IMG/VR virus record: IMGVR_UViG_3300031578_000106
Coordinates: 1-44,007 of that record
DNA: 44,007 nucleotides
From: a virus
Reading direction: 5' to 3' (one strand)
Numbering within the stretch: position 1 is the stretch's first letter; each line of letters begins with the position of its first letter. A program made the translations under genes and the position numbers. The notes beneath the pieces are model-generated. The model was not told the origin of the DNA. It ran no database searches and saw only the letters and a program-made list of their open reading frames with translations. This document shows positions 24,047-33,578 of the stretch, piece after piece.

Positions 24047-24317
24047 GATAGCAAAAATATCATTAATAGCTTTTATGTTCTGTGCTTTAGGGCAGAAGAA
24101 AGGAGATATATTTCATTGGTATCAGAGGTTATTAAAACGATTACCTGTCTATGTCGGCAAACCTTTTGGTTCATGTTACAAATGCTTTACAGGGCAGGTT
24201 TGTCTTTGGTATTTCGTAATCACAAAACCATTTAAGATAATTGAACTCTTATTTTTCGTTTCAGCAGGGATAATGATTGCAATGATTTATAATAAATTTT
24301 ATTGTTTGATTAAATAA
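24039..24317 (+). CDS. Small membrane protein
   Basis: MYEIAKISLIAFMFCAL... plus a C-terminal TM segment. The start is uncertain (GTG 24015; ATG 24021, 24027 or 24039). Confidence 0.45.
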   Translation: MYEIAKISLIAFMFCALGQKKGDIFHWYQRLLKRLPVYVGKPFGSCYKCFTGQVCLWYFVITKPFKIIELLFFVSAGIMIAMIYNKFYCLIK

Positions 24318-27300
24318 TGGCAACCTATTACATAGCAACTCCCGCAAATGGGGGTGATGATGCTCACTCAGGTACGATTGGCGAACCGTGGGCAACATGG
24401 CAAAAGGGTTTTGAATCTCTTGTCGCAGGAGATACTTTATATATCGGAGGTGGTGAATATTTAACAATCGGTTCACTTAAATCAGGTGAGTTCGTAGGTG
24501 TCTATGAAGGTACACACAGCGGAGCTCCAGGCAATTTTATTAATGTCTTTGCTGCTCCTGGTGAAGTACCGATACTGAATTGTATTGGTATTGTTGAACC
24601 GTCTATCAATCATAACGGAATTCTTTTAGAGAATATTAATTACTGGCATATTAAAGGGCTGAGAATCAGAAATGTCAAAGAGGCAACTGGGAAACTTGCC
24701 ATAGGGATTAATTTATATAAAGTCTGTAATTCAACATTTGAGAACTTACAAATATATGATAATGGAAGCGGGTTTGTTGCTTCGGGTTTCTGTGATGGAA
24801 ACCTTGTAAAAAATTGTGACTCGTATGATAATCAAGATTTCACAGACGGGGGAAATTTTGCGGATGGTTTTACATTTGGTCTTTATGGTGCCGGTGCTGC
24901 TTGTCATAATGTTTTTGATGGCTGTAGGGCATGGCATAATTCGGATGATGGTTTTGATTGTTATAGTTCTGATGGTTCTTATCGGGGTGGTTATATAACA
25001 TATAAGAATTGCTGGTCATTCAATAATGGCTATACAGGAGGTAATGGAGCAGGATTTAAGGCTGGTCAGTCTTATTCTCCTAAAGAAATAGGGATTCAAA
25101 GAACATATCAGAACTGTCTGTCATTTAATAACAGCGGATATGGATTTGATGAATCTCAGGATATTGCAGCTTATATGGATATGAACCTATTCAATAACGT
25201 TGCATATAATAATGGTAATGATGGGTTTGCATTTGGCTATACGGCTGGTGGAGGTGTGATAACACTTAGGAATAATATTGCATACCTGGATAATGTTGGA
25301 TTAAGAGTTGATTGTGTGCATGATCATAATTCATGGGATAGTGCTGTCACCGTTACCGATGATGACTTCTTGTCTGTTGATACAGCAGGAACCGACGGAG
25401 CACGACAACCTGACGGCAGCTTACCTGATCTTAATTTCTTGAAATTGGCAGATGGAAGTGATTTAATAAATGCAGGTGTAGATGTCGGATTGCCCTTTGA
25501 AGGTATAGCACCCGATTTAGGCGCTTTTGAATATTCATCCAAGGGAAGTCCCCCGGTAGTTCCTATAACATGTTCAGAGTCTGATGTTGATTTTATAGAG
25601 ACAGCAGGCAGTTTCTATGAAATATCACCCGGTGTTTGGGGAAATGGAACAGGTTATGGAAGTTCGGATAGTTATCTTGATGTTTCAAATGACGGATATT
25701 ATGCAGCAATTTATGCAGCCAAAACGGCTAATTATAATTCTGTAATTGGCCTGGATCATCTTAATACACTTATGGATTATTCCAGTTTTGATTATGCTTT
25801 GTATGTAAACTCTGATGATTTATACAGGTGTATAGTTAATGGTTCGTATATTGATCTTGCAATAGCAGCAGTTCCCGGTGAAAGATATGCTTTATTCAGG
25901 AATGGTGATGTTATTACTGCAAAATATTATGGGGGTGGGGAATGGCATACGCTTTACGTTTTTCCGGCAACAACTAATGATCCGCTTTATATTAAGGGAT
26001 CTTTAGCAATGGCTGACAAGACGCTTGTTAATCCAGTTTGTTGTACTACTATAACCAGTCCTCCTGTATCGCCTCCAGTTAGTCCACCAGTATCACCCCC
26101 GGTAAGTCCACCTGTTTCACCTCCCGTGAGTCCTCCGATAAGTCCTCCCGTGGAACCACCAGTTAGTCCTCCAGTTTACAGAACGCCTGTAAAAATTGGA
26201 GATATTAAGGTATTAATATCTCGATGTGCTGAAGGAATATATTTACGCTGGTATTTTAATGGCTGGCATTATTTTAACTTCCAGAATGGTTATGATATAA
26301 CTATGCAAACCGAAAGCATGGGAATCCAGGTAACTAATTTCTTTTCGGTTATTTCAAAGATAGAACGTGACACGAGAATAAAATCTGAATATGCATATCA
26401 GGTAACATTGCATGGGATCACTCCCGAAAACGTTCCGGGTTTTACGGGATTGTTGCTGGCGGAGCAGGTCGAACAATACGAAGATGAGCAATGGAGAATT
26501 GTTGAAATTACCAGAGGCGATCATCTGATAAAAGAGGAAGGGACGAATGGGTATATCCTTGATTTTGAAATTACCAGAAAGGAACTACCTGATTCGTCTT
26601 CGGTTTATCAAAAGAATTTAAGGCTTTATATCGGGGACACTCTTTGTGATATGGATGATGACGAAGTTATACCTGTAAACAAGCAAGTAAATAATATTGC
26701 GGAAATGCAGGATAGGCAGTCTGACTTCACGGCTCAGTTCAAAATACGAAAGACACGGGCGATGCGGGCTCTTTTCGAGTTGTCCGGAGAGGTCGGAGCG
26801 AATACTCTCTTCCCTTATCGGCAGCACGAATGCCGGGTTGTTCAGGATAATATAGAAATGATTACCAATGGCATATTAATACTTGAGAGAGTTGATGATC
26901 AGTATTATTATGTCTCAATCTCTTCCGGGAATATGAATTTTTTCAAGACTATTGAAACATTAAAATTATCTGATCTAACATTGGCTGGGATGGTACATAA
27001 TTGGAATGCAACTTTTATGGCATCCACGCACGCTTGCACGAGTCCTAATTGTGATATTGTATATCCGTTATGCGAGCCTTCAGATGATGGCAGTATTGCA
27101 CCCCTTACAGATGATGGGGACAAGGTAGAGATGTACGGAGGTTGGATATGGCCTTTTTGCCGGGTGAAAGCTATATGGGAAGAAATATTTGAGAACGCAG
27201 GATATACTATTACGGGTGGTGATATTCTTGACAGTGATATTTTTGAGAAACTGTTTATGCCTATTAGCACACGGAAAAATAACAATACGGATGCTTGGCT

Positions 27301-28525
27301 TTATTCGATGTTTTGGGGAGGCGCACATGGAGCCACACTTAATGACGTTTTAGGTGCGACTGATTTTCCGGGGACAACACTGATACTTGGCAATGAGCTT
27401 TTTAGACTCGGTTGGTATGAAACACCTCTTACAGCTACATATACTATCCATGTAGGGATTATTACTTTAGCAGGAGTAGCAACACTTTCGCTTTGGAATC
27501 ACGCAGCATACGTTGGGGATTTTCGAATAGTTGATTGGGGCATAGGGATAACGAATTACGAAATAGAATATGTCGGAGTGCCACTCGACCATTTAAACAT
27601 ACGCACGACAGCAGCCTATTATTACTATTTTTCCGTTAATATAACAAAAATAGAGGATGCATTGATAGCATACGGATCAGATGTTGATCCACGTTATCAT
27701 CTTCCGCAGATGACACAGATAGATTTTGTTAAGATGATCTGTAATTTATTCGGTTTGGTTCCTGAAGTGATAGCACGTGACAGAAAAATAAGATTCTGGA
27801 ATTATCAGGAACTTTATGACAATATGATCATTGCACGGGATTGGAGTAATTATTTATCTGAACGTGATGATGAGGTAGAGTTCAAGTTCGGAGATTACGG
27901 ACGCAATAATTATCTGAAATACAAAGAATCACAGGATGTTATAAAAGACAATGGGAAAGGGAATATGCCTATTGAAGATGAAACGTTACCGGAATCAAAG
28001 GATATTGTGCAACTCAATGTTTCAACTTGTGATGAGGTAACTATTCTGGAAGATGATTTCAGCGTTGACGTTTCTCGAATAGCATTTAATAAGTGGTACG
28101 AAGATAAAACTGACAAGGCTAATTCACATTATGATTCCAATGAGAGCATTGATCCACGTATCGTGTATGTTGATGTTATTCCAATATTTTCACCGCCAGA
28201 CCCTAAGAGTTTATGGATAAGGCCTACCGCTGCTCCTCTCGCAGGGATATTCGCTGCCCCTTCACTCGAAGTTGTCAATCCAAAGAAAGCATCATCACTC
28301 GAAGTGTCGTTCTCGAACCTTATAGTTTACTATGCAAATATTTCAAGGATGCTCACAAAAACCAACCTTCGTAGGTCTAAATTCAATCTTCCGGTTTACG
28401 AGGTTGCCGGATTAAAACATAATATACCAGTATATTTGCGACAATACAAGGCTTATTTTTATGTTAACAAGATCAGTAATTATGTTGCAGGGCAATTATG
28501 TACTGATGAACTTATAAAATTATAA
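24317..28525 (+). CDS. 1402-aa fusion protein: right-handed beta-helix (pectate-lyase-like) domain, (SPPV)10 linker, and a tail/baseplate module
   Basis: The N-terminus YYIATPANGGDDAHSGTIGEPWATWQKGF..GDTLYIGGGEY is typical of beta-helix depolymerases. The SPPV repeat lies at 26057-26176. The C-terminal ~780 aa start with a YLRWYFNGWHY module shared with 22028..24046. Confidence 0.7.
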   Translation: MATYYIATPANGGDDAHSGTIGEPWATWQKGFESLVAGDTLYIGGGEYLTIGSLKSGEFVGVYEGTHSGAPGNFINVFAAPGEVPILNCIGIVEPSINHNGILLENINYWHIKGLRIRNVKEATGKLAIGINLYKVCNSTFENLQIYDNGSGFVASGFCDGNLVKNCDSYDNQDFTDGGNFADGFTFGLYGAGAACHNVFDGCRAWHNSDDGFDCYSSDGSYRGGYITYKNCWSFNNGYTGGNGAGFKAGQSYSPKEIGIQRTYQNCLSFNNSGYGFDESQDIAAYMDMNLFNNVAYNNGNDGFAFGYTAGGGVITLRNNIAYLDNVGLRVDCVHDHNSWDSAVTVTDDDFLSVDTAGTDGARQPDGSLPDLNFLKLADGSDLINAGVDVGLPFEGIAPDLGAFEYSSKGSPPVVPITCSESDVDFIETAGSFYEISPGVWGNGTGYGSSDSYLDVSNDGYYAAIYAAKTANYNSVIGLDHLNTLMDYSSFDYALYVNSDDLYRCIVNGSYIDLAIAAVPGERYALFRNGDVITAKYYGGGEWHTLYVFPATTNDPLYIKGSLAMADKTLVNPVCCTTITSPPVSPPVSPPVSPPVSPPVSPPVSPPISPPVEPPVSPPVYRTPVKIGDIKVLISRCAEGIYLRWYFNGWHYFNFQNGYDITMQTESMGIQVTNFFSVISKIERDTRIKSEYAYQVTLHGITPENVPGFTGLLLAEQVEQYEDEQWRIVEITRGDHLIKEEGTNGYILDFEITRKELPDSSSVYQKNLRLYIGDTLCDMDDDEVIPVNKQVNNIAEMQDRQSDFTAQFKIRKTRAMRALFELSGEVGANTLFPYRQHECRVVQDNIEMITNGILILERVDDQYYYVSISSGNMNFFKTIETLKLSDLTLAGMVHNWNATFMASTHACTSPNCDIVYPLCEPSDDGSIAPLTDDGDKVEMYGGWIWPFCRVKAIWEEIFENAGYTITGGDILDSDIFEKLFMPISTRKNNNTDAWLYSMFWGGAHGATLNDVLGATDFPGTTLILGNELFRLGWYETPLTATYTIHVGIITLAGVATLSLWNHAAYVGDFRIVDWGIGITNYEIEYVGVPLDHLNIRTTAAYYYYFSVNITKIEDALIAYGSDVDPRYHLPQMTQIDFVKMICNLFGLVPEVIARDRKIRFWNYQELYDNMIIARDWSNYLSERDDEVEFKFGDYGRNNYLKYKESQDVIKDNGKGNMPIEDETLPESKDIVQLNVSTCDEVTILEDDFSVDVSRIAFNKWYEDKTDKANSHYDSNESIDPRIVYVDVIPIFSPPDPKSLWIRPTAAPLAGIFAAPSLEVVNPKKASSLEVSFSNLIVYYANISRMLTKTNLRRSKFNLPVYEVAGLKHNIPVYLRQYKAYFYVNKISNYVAGQLCTDELIKL
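26057..26176 (+). repeat. In-frame 12-nt x10 repeat encoding (S/E)PP(V/I)
   Basis: SPPVSPPVSPPVSPPVSPPVSPPVSPPISPPVEPPVSPPV, encoded with varied synonymous codons. Confidence 0.9.
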
Positions 28526-28527
28526 TC

Positions 28528-30561
28528 ATGGCTACAGAAGAAAAAAAATACTTAGTAAATATTGAGAGCAATCTTGACAAGTATATCAAAGAGGCGGAAC
28601 TGGCAAAAAAGCGAGTTGATGAACTGAAAATTGCCAATATGTTAATGACCAAAGACACGCCACGTGATGAGGTTGAAAGGAATAATGCTGCATTGCGTGA
28701 CGCACAGAAGGATTACAGGAATGCAACAAAAAGTGTTGATCTGGCAACTCAGGCTAATAAAGCACAATCCGGCAGTTATGAACAACTTTATAAACAATGG
28801 CAGTTAGCTCAGACACAGCTTAAGTTAATGGGGAGTGCTTATACTGTTGATGCAAAAGGGATAAGAATATTATCAGATAAATATATAGAAAACAAAAAAG
28901 CTGTTGAGGATGCAAAAAGAGCTCTTGATGCTTTCGGGAAAGGTATTGCAGACAATAGGTTGAATGTGGGTAATTATGGTGAAGCGGTAAGTCAGGCATT
29001 CTCAGATGTAGGAAAAAGCATGATGGCAATGCTGGGGCCAGCAGCATTAGTGACGGCTGCTGTTGCTCTGGGCAAGAAAATATTTGATGGTTTAAAAGAG
29101 GCTATCATGTCAACGACATTTGCTATAAACATAATGAATATTGCAGGAGAAGTAACTAAACAAATATTCTATGATATTGCAATAAATGGAAAATTTAGTG
29201 CTGAAAGTATAATGTCAGTCGTACAAGCAACAAGAATATTGAATGAATTAAGAACAGAACAATATAAAGTAGATTATGAGTTAGCAAAAATAAACAGAGA
29301 AAGGGCATCCCTTGAATTAACTGCACAAGATCAAATGGAAACCACATCTGTTAAGCTGGCAGCATTAACTGAAACAAAAAAACTGGATGCCATAGCTACA
29401 AAAATGGAAACGGATCAATTAAAAAAAGAATTAGCTGCTGTTGTTGATCTTATAAAAACACGCCCTGAAGATGAAAAATTACGTGCAAGAGCTTATGGCT
29501 TAATGGCTAAAATAGAAAATGCCTATGCAAGATCCGATCAGGCAATGAAAAGAGTTGAAAGCAGGAGATCAGGATTTCTTAAACAAGAAATAGCCGATCA
29601 GGAAAAAAGAGTTAAAATGACTGAGGCATGGTATGAGGAAATTGAACAAACGAATATAGCGAACGCAAAAAAGAAGGACGAGGAAATTAAAAAGGATTTC
29701 AAACGCTGGAGTGATTACTGGGATAAGATTGATGCTTTAGAAGTAGAACAAAATAAAAAGAAGGACGCAGGAATCGAAAAAGATTTCAAACGTTGGAGTG
29801 ATTATTGGGACAAAAGGGATGCTCTGGAAGCAGAACGAAGTAAAAGGGATATATCGGCAGGATTTGAATTACAAAAAATAATGGCGCAGGGCAATCTTGA
29901 TGTATTAAATATTATTCTTGATAATGAATATAAAGCATTAACTCAAAGTGTTGAATATCAAAGATTGACAAATAATGAAAAATTACTTGCAGATCAACAA
30001 TATACTGATGCCAAAAGAGAACTTTCATTAATAAGAATGGATCAGCATTTATGGGAAGCTGATTTGATTGGTGATATAGCTGGTTCATTATCTAATTTAT
30101 TCCAGAAGCAAACAGTGGCTGCAAAAGCACTTTCTGTATCACAGGCATTAATAAGTACATATACAGCAGGCGTTAAAGCAATGGCAGAACTACCATTAGG
30201 ATCAGGGCCGATTTTACGCTTCCTTACTTTAGCTTCAGTAATTGCTGCTGGTCTGTTACAAGTTAAAAATATACTTGCTGTAAAGGTTCCGGGGGGCGGA
30301 GGAGGGGGCGAATCGGCACCGGCAGCAATATCGGCCTCAATGCCTGCAATGAGAATATACGCTCAACCAGTGGGGGCAACTTTCCTGAATCAACCACAAT
30401 TAACACAGCCACAGATCAATGCATTGCCTAATCAAAATCTTTTGACGGCTGCCGATATAGCTGCTGCAATAAGTAAATTACCACCACCGATAGTGACGGT
30501 CGAGGACATAAATGCAAAGACAGCGAGTGTGAGGAAAATTGAGGTTCGTGGAACGATATGA
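28528..30561 (+). CDS. Tape-measure-like long coiled-coil virion protein
   Basis: 677 aa, mostly helical and charged, with an internal 29-aa tandem duplication, C-terminal hydrophobic segments and a G6 run. Confidence 0.55.
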   Translation: MATEEKKYLVNIESNLDKYIKEAELAKKRVDELKIANMLMTKDTPRDEVERNNAALRDAQKDYRNATKSVDLATQANKAQSGSYEQLYKQWQLAQTQLKLMGSAYTVDAKGIRILSDKYIENKKAVEDAKRALDAFGKGIADNRLNVGNYGEAVSQAFSDVGKSMMAMLGPAALVTAAVALGKKIFDGLKEAIMSTTFAINIMNIAGEVTKQIFYDIAINGKFSAESIMSVVQATRILNELRTEQYKVDYELAKINRERASLELTAQDQMETTSVKLAALTETKKLDAIATKMETDQLKKELAAVVDLIKTRPEDEKLRARAYGLMAKIENAYARSDQAMKRVESRRSGFLKQEIADQEKRVKMTEAWYEEIEQTNIANAKKKDEEIKKDFKRWSDYWDKIDALEVEQNKKKDAGIEKDFKRWSDYWDKRDALEAERSKRDISAGFELQKIMAQGNLDVLNIILDNEYKALTQSVEYQRLTNNEKLLADQQYTDAKRELSLIRMDQHLWEADLIGDIAGSLSNLFQKQTVAAKALSVSQALISTYTAGVKAMAELPLGSGPILRFLTLASVIAAGLLQVKNILAVKVPGGGGGGESAPAAISASMPAMRIYAQPVGATFLNQPQLTQPQINALPNQNLLTAADIAAAISKLPPPIVTVEDINAKTASVRKIEVRGTI

Positions 30562-30788
30562 ATCTATTTGTATATATAAGCCATAATATTGACTTGATTA
30601 AATATCTTGTCCGGATAGGTCTTATTCCTTGCGGCATTTTAAAGCATTGGCAAATTTATAGCAGATACGATTATTATAAGAAGATTGGGAATGAAAATTA
30701 TAAATCTGTGCTATTTACAGCAGAGGACATGGGTGTACAGGAAAATTGGGTTTATTGTATTATCAGAAAAATGGAGACTGAATTATGA
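30558..30788 (+). CDS. Hypothetical protein
   Basis: ATG ORF of 76 aa, coupled. Confidence 0.5.
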   Translation: MNLFVYISHNIDLIKYLVRIGLIPCGILKHWQIYSRYDYYKKIGNENYKSVLFTAEDMGVQENWVYCIIRKMETEL

Positions 30789-31549
30789 AAATAACACAGG
30801 GTTACTCATCTATTACGATGAATGTAATTGGATTTTTAAAAATGCACAAATTAAGATTATATGATAATATGAATGAGCCACTTGTTGTATTTGGCTGTTA
30901 TTCAGATAAGGATGTAGAGACAATTAAAAATCACAAATCAATCGTAGTAGTTCAATGGGAGGGACTTGATTCAAAAATGAAGAGTAATCCTTCAATTTTT
31001 ACTGAGAAGAATATAATAAATGTAAGCCCTCATCCCAATATTAAAAAATACCTTGATTCAAAAGGAATACAATGTCATCTAATAAAATGGGCAATCGATG
31101 AAACTTTGCAGCCACAAATTTTAGGGAATAAAGTATATAGTTATGTGAATAAAAAAACTCCGGTATATTATGGTGGAACTTTAATTAATAAATTAAATAT
31201 TCCTTTTGAAATTTTAATTGGCGATTATAGTATAAGTCATACCGATTGGAGAACTGGCGGATGTGATGAATTTTATCCGAAATGTTTTATTGGATTGGCA
31301 TTATCAGAATATGCAGGGGGTGGGACAAGTATAGTTGAATTAGGATTAAGAGGGATAAAAGTCATTACAAATATATTGAATTTGCCTCATACAATTAAAT
31401 GGAATACAATTAAAGATATTGAAGATGCCATAAATAAAGAAGCCGAAAATATAGGAAAAATCAATACATCACTTGCAGGGAACGTTTATAATAATGTTCT
31501 TTCTGATGAAAAATTAAAATGTTATGATTTAGACCAATTAATAATATGA
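30785..31549 (+). CDS. Possible GT-B-type glycosyltransferase
   Basis: LSEYAGGGTSIVELGLRGIKVITN resembles the GT1/GT4 E-x-F-G...E-A...G-x-P-V-I motif. This is a weak call. Confidence 0.35.
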   Translation: MKITQGYSSITMNVIGFLKMHKLRLYDNMNEPLVVFGCYSDKDVETIKNHKSIVVVQWEGLDSKMKSNPSIFTEKNIINVSPHPNIKKYLDSKGIQCHLIKWAIDETLQPQILGNKVYSYVNKKTPVYYGGTLINKLNIPFEILIGDYSISHTDWRTGGCDEFYPKCFIGLALSEYAGGGTSIVELGLRGIKVITNILNLPHTIKWNTIKDIEDAINKEAENIGKINTSLAGNVYNNVLSDEKLKCYDLDQLII

Positions 31550-32271
31550 GAATTTTAGTAACTGCATTTGCATACAATGAAATGAAGTATATCCCGGAAA
31601 TGGTAAATTACTATCGTAATCAGGGATGCGATCTTTTAATACTTGATAATTATTCCACCGATGGTACATTTGAATGGTTACAGAAAAATGGAATAAAAAC
31701 GAGGCAGATAAATACTAATGAATCATTTCATTTAGGGATTTTACAAACAGAATTGCTTAAAGATATAAAAAAAGAATCACCTGATTGGGTGGTTTATACC
31801 GGGATTGATTTTTATTATATTTTTGATAAGACTATCAGAGAAACAATATTGGATGCTTCAATGCTGGGTCATAATATAATTGAAGTGAGACATTGCACAG
31901 CTTACAATACCGGAGAAGAAAGAGGATTGCCGCTTCAGAATTATTTTTTTCACATAGCAAGAAACCGGAATTTGCAACTGATAGCAAAATATGATCAGGG
32001 ATTTAATATTTTCGCAGATGATATTAAATTAAAATTCCCAAATGTTTTTAAGCCTGATGGGTTTTCTATAAATTATGGATGCTGTAAATCTGCAAAAGAA
32101 AGAGAAGAAACATTTGCAAGACGAAAGAAGGCATGGGATAGCGGAATGACAAAGGGTTGGGGAACGCATTATCTTGTCGGGAAAGAAAAGAATTGGATTT
32201 GGGAAAAAGAGGAATTAATTGATATTCGTAAAACAGATGATTGGAAATATATTCAAAAAATTTTATTATGA
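31546..32271 (+). CDS. Family-2-like (GT-A) glycosyltransferase
   Basis: ILVTAFAYNEMKYIPEMVNYYRNQGCDLLILDNYSTDGT matches the GT2 N-terminal pattern. Confidence 0.6.
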   Translation: MRILVTAFAYNEMKYIPEMVNYYRNQGCDLLILDNYSTDGTFEWLQKNGIKTRQINTNESFHLGILQTELLKDIKKESPDWVVYTGIDFYYIFDKTIRETILDASMLGHNIIEVRHCTAYNTGEERGLPLQNYFFHIARNRNLQLIAKYDQGFNIFADDIKLKFPNVFKPDGFSINYGCCKSAKEREETFARRKKAWDSGMTKGWGTHYLVGKEKNWIWEKEELIDIRKTDDWKYIQKILL

Positions 32272-33026
32272 TAATTTTAATCACTCCTACTGGCGCACGT
32301 CCACGACAAATAGAATTATGTGCACAATTTATGAAAAATCAGGATTACAAAGGCGTTGTCCTTTGGATAATTATTGATGATGCCGTATTAAGAACAACGG
32401 ATTTTATCAAAGACGATTTCAAAAAAGAATGGATTATTAAAAAAATATATCCTGTTCCTTCATGGAGAATTGGCCAAAACACACAAGGACGAAATATTGC
32501 GGCCGGGATAAATTTTATAAAGGATTATAAAGACATTGAAGCGATATTTATTATTGAAGATGATGACTATTACACTCCTTCCTATTTAACAAAAATGGTA
32601 AAGAAACTCGAAGGATACGATATTGCCGGGGAAATGTTTACATTTTACTATAACATAATTATAAGAAGATATACTGTCTGTCGGAATACATGGTCGAGTT
32701 TATTCCAGACAGCTTTCACTCCGGCAATTATTCCTATTTTGGAAAAATTATATGGAATGAAATTTATTGACATGGAACTTTTTAAATTAGTAAATAACAA
32801 GAATCTTTTTAAAGACGAGTATCTGGCAATAGGAATAAAAGGGCAGCCCGGGAGGGCAGCGGTCGGCCGTGCACATGGTCGGATAATGTCGTGGACAGCC
32901 GATCCTGAACTGAAAAAATTAAGATCATTAATTGGAGAAGATGTAAATTATTATCTTAAATATTATGGCATGGATTTCCGATCAAATATTTTAACTGGAA
33001 GAAAATCATTGCTCCACAGAAAATGA
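32268..33026 (+). CDS. GT-A-like glycosyltransferase with a DxD motif
   Basis: WIIIDD and IFIIEDDDYY acidic motifs. The ATG at 32268 overlaps the upstream TGA, in frame with track ORF 32241. Confidence 0.45.
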   Translation: MIILITPTGARPRQIELCAQFMKNQDYKGVVLWIIIDDAVLRTTDFIKDDFKKEWIIKKIYPVPSWRIGQNTQGRNIAAGINFIKDYKDIEAIFIIEDDDYYTPSYLTKMVKKLEGYDIAGEMFTFYYNIIIRRYTVCRNTWSSLFQTAFTPAIIPILEKLYGMKFIDMELFKLVNNKNLFKDEYLAIGIKGQPGRAAVGRAHGRIMSWTADPELKKLRSLIGEDVNYYLKYYGMDFRSNILTGRKSLLHRK

Positions 33027-33535
33027 GAATAGCAGTATTGGGCCTCGGAGAATCGAGAAGTTTGTTTAATTCATCAGAGTATGAATTATCAATAGGTGTT
33101 AATGATATTTGGAGATATATTCATACGGATTATGTTGTCTGTGTAGATTATCCACGAGCTTTTACACCAGACAGAATAAAGGTGATTAATGAATGTAAGC
33201 CAAAGATATTTTTCAGTCAGTTCCTGCAATGGGAAACGAGGCCGGATTTTGAGAAGATTCATATAGCGGCCGGATATCCGGATTTTATTTGCAACCTGGA
33301 TCAACTGACTTATCAGAAATCTTATTGCAGCCCGTTTATTGCCACGCAGGTAGCATACAAGAGGTTCGGGGCGACTGAAATACATTTGTTTGGTGTCGAT
33401 CTATTAAATCATCCGCATCTTAATATTACCTTATGTGCCAAAATCAAAGTTCATTTTACTAATCTGAAGAAAGCTTTGCAGTTGAAGGGGTGCAAATTAA
33501 TTATTTATGGCGAGGGAATTCTAAAAAATATTTAA
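33023..33535 (+). CDS. DUF115/MAF-like putative glycosyltransferase
   Basis: The N-terminus MRIAVLGLGESRS...IGVND resembles the nucleotide-sugar binding start of DUF115/CstII-like transferases. This is a weak call. Confidence 0.35.
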   Translation: MRIAVLGLGESRSLFNSSEYELSIGVNDIWRYIHTDYVVCVDYPRAFTPDRIKVINECKPKIFFSQFLQWETRPDFEKIHIAAGYPDFICNLDQLTYQKSYCSPFIATQVAYKRFGATEIHLFGVDLLNHPHLNITLCAKIKVHFTNLKKALQLKGCKLIIYGEGILKNI

Positions 33536-33542
33536 AGATTTA

Positions 33543-33572
33543 TTTGTTTATATCAAATATTGTGTATCTTTG
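33543..33572 (+). promoter_or_regulatory. Bacteroidota-type promoter (TTTG-N18-TATCTTTG) driving repeat RNA 2
   Basis: TTTG at 33543-33546 and TATCTTTG at 33565-33572. Near-identical to the promoter at 3100-3130. Confidence 0.7.
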
Positions 33573-33578
33573 TAATTG

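Noticed and set aside
26057-26176. SPPV repeat as a slippage-prone VNTR or assembly artefact.
   Set aside because: The synonymous codons differ between units and the frame is maintained, which is consistent with a selected Pro-rich linker.
22028-28525. Diversity-generating retroelement targeting the lectin-like tail proteins.
   Set aside because: There is no reverse transcriptase ORF in the genome. I saw no template/variable repeat pair with adenine-specific differences; the only shared nucleotide island is 26 nt.
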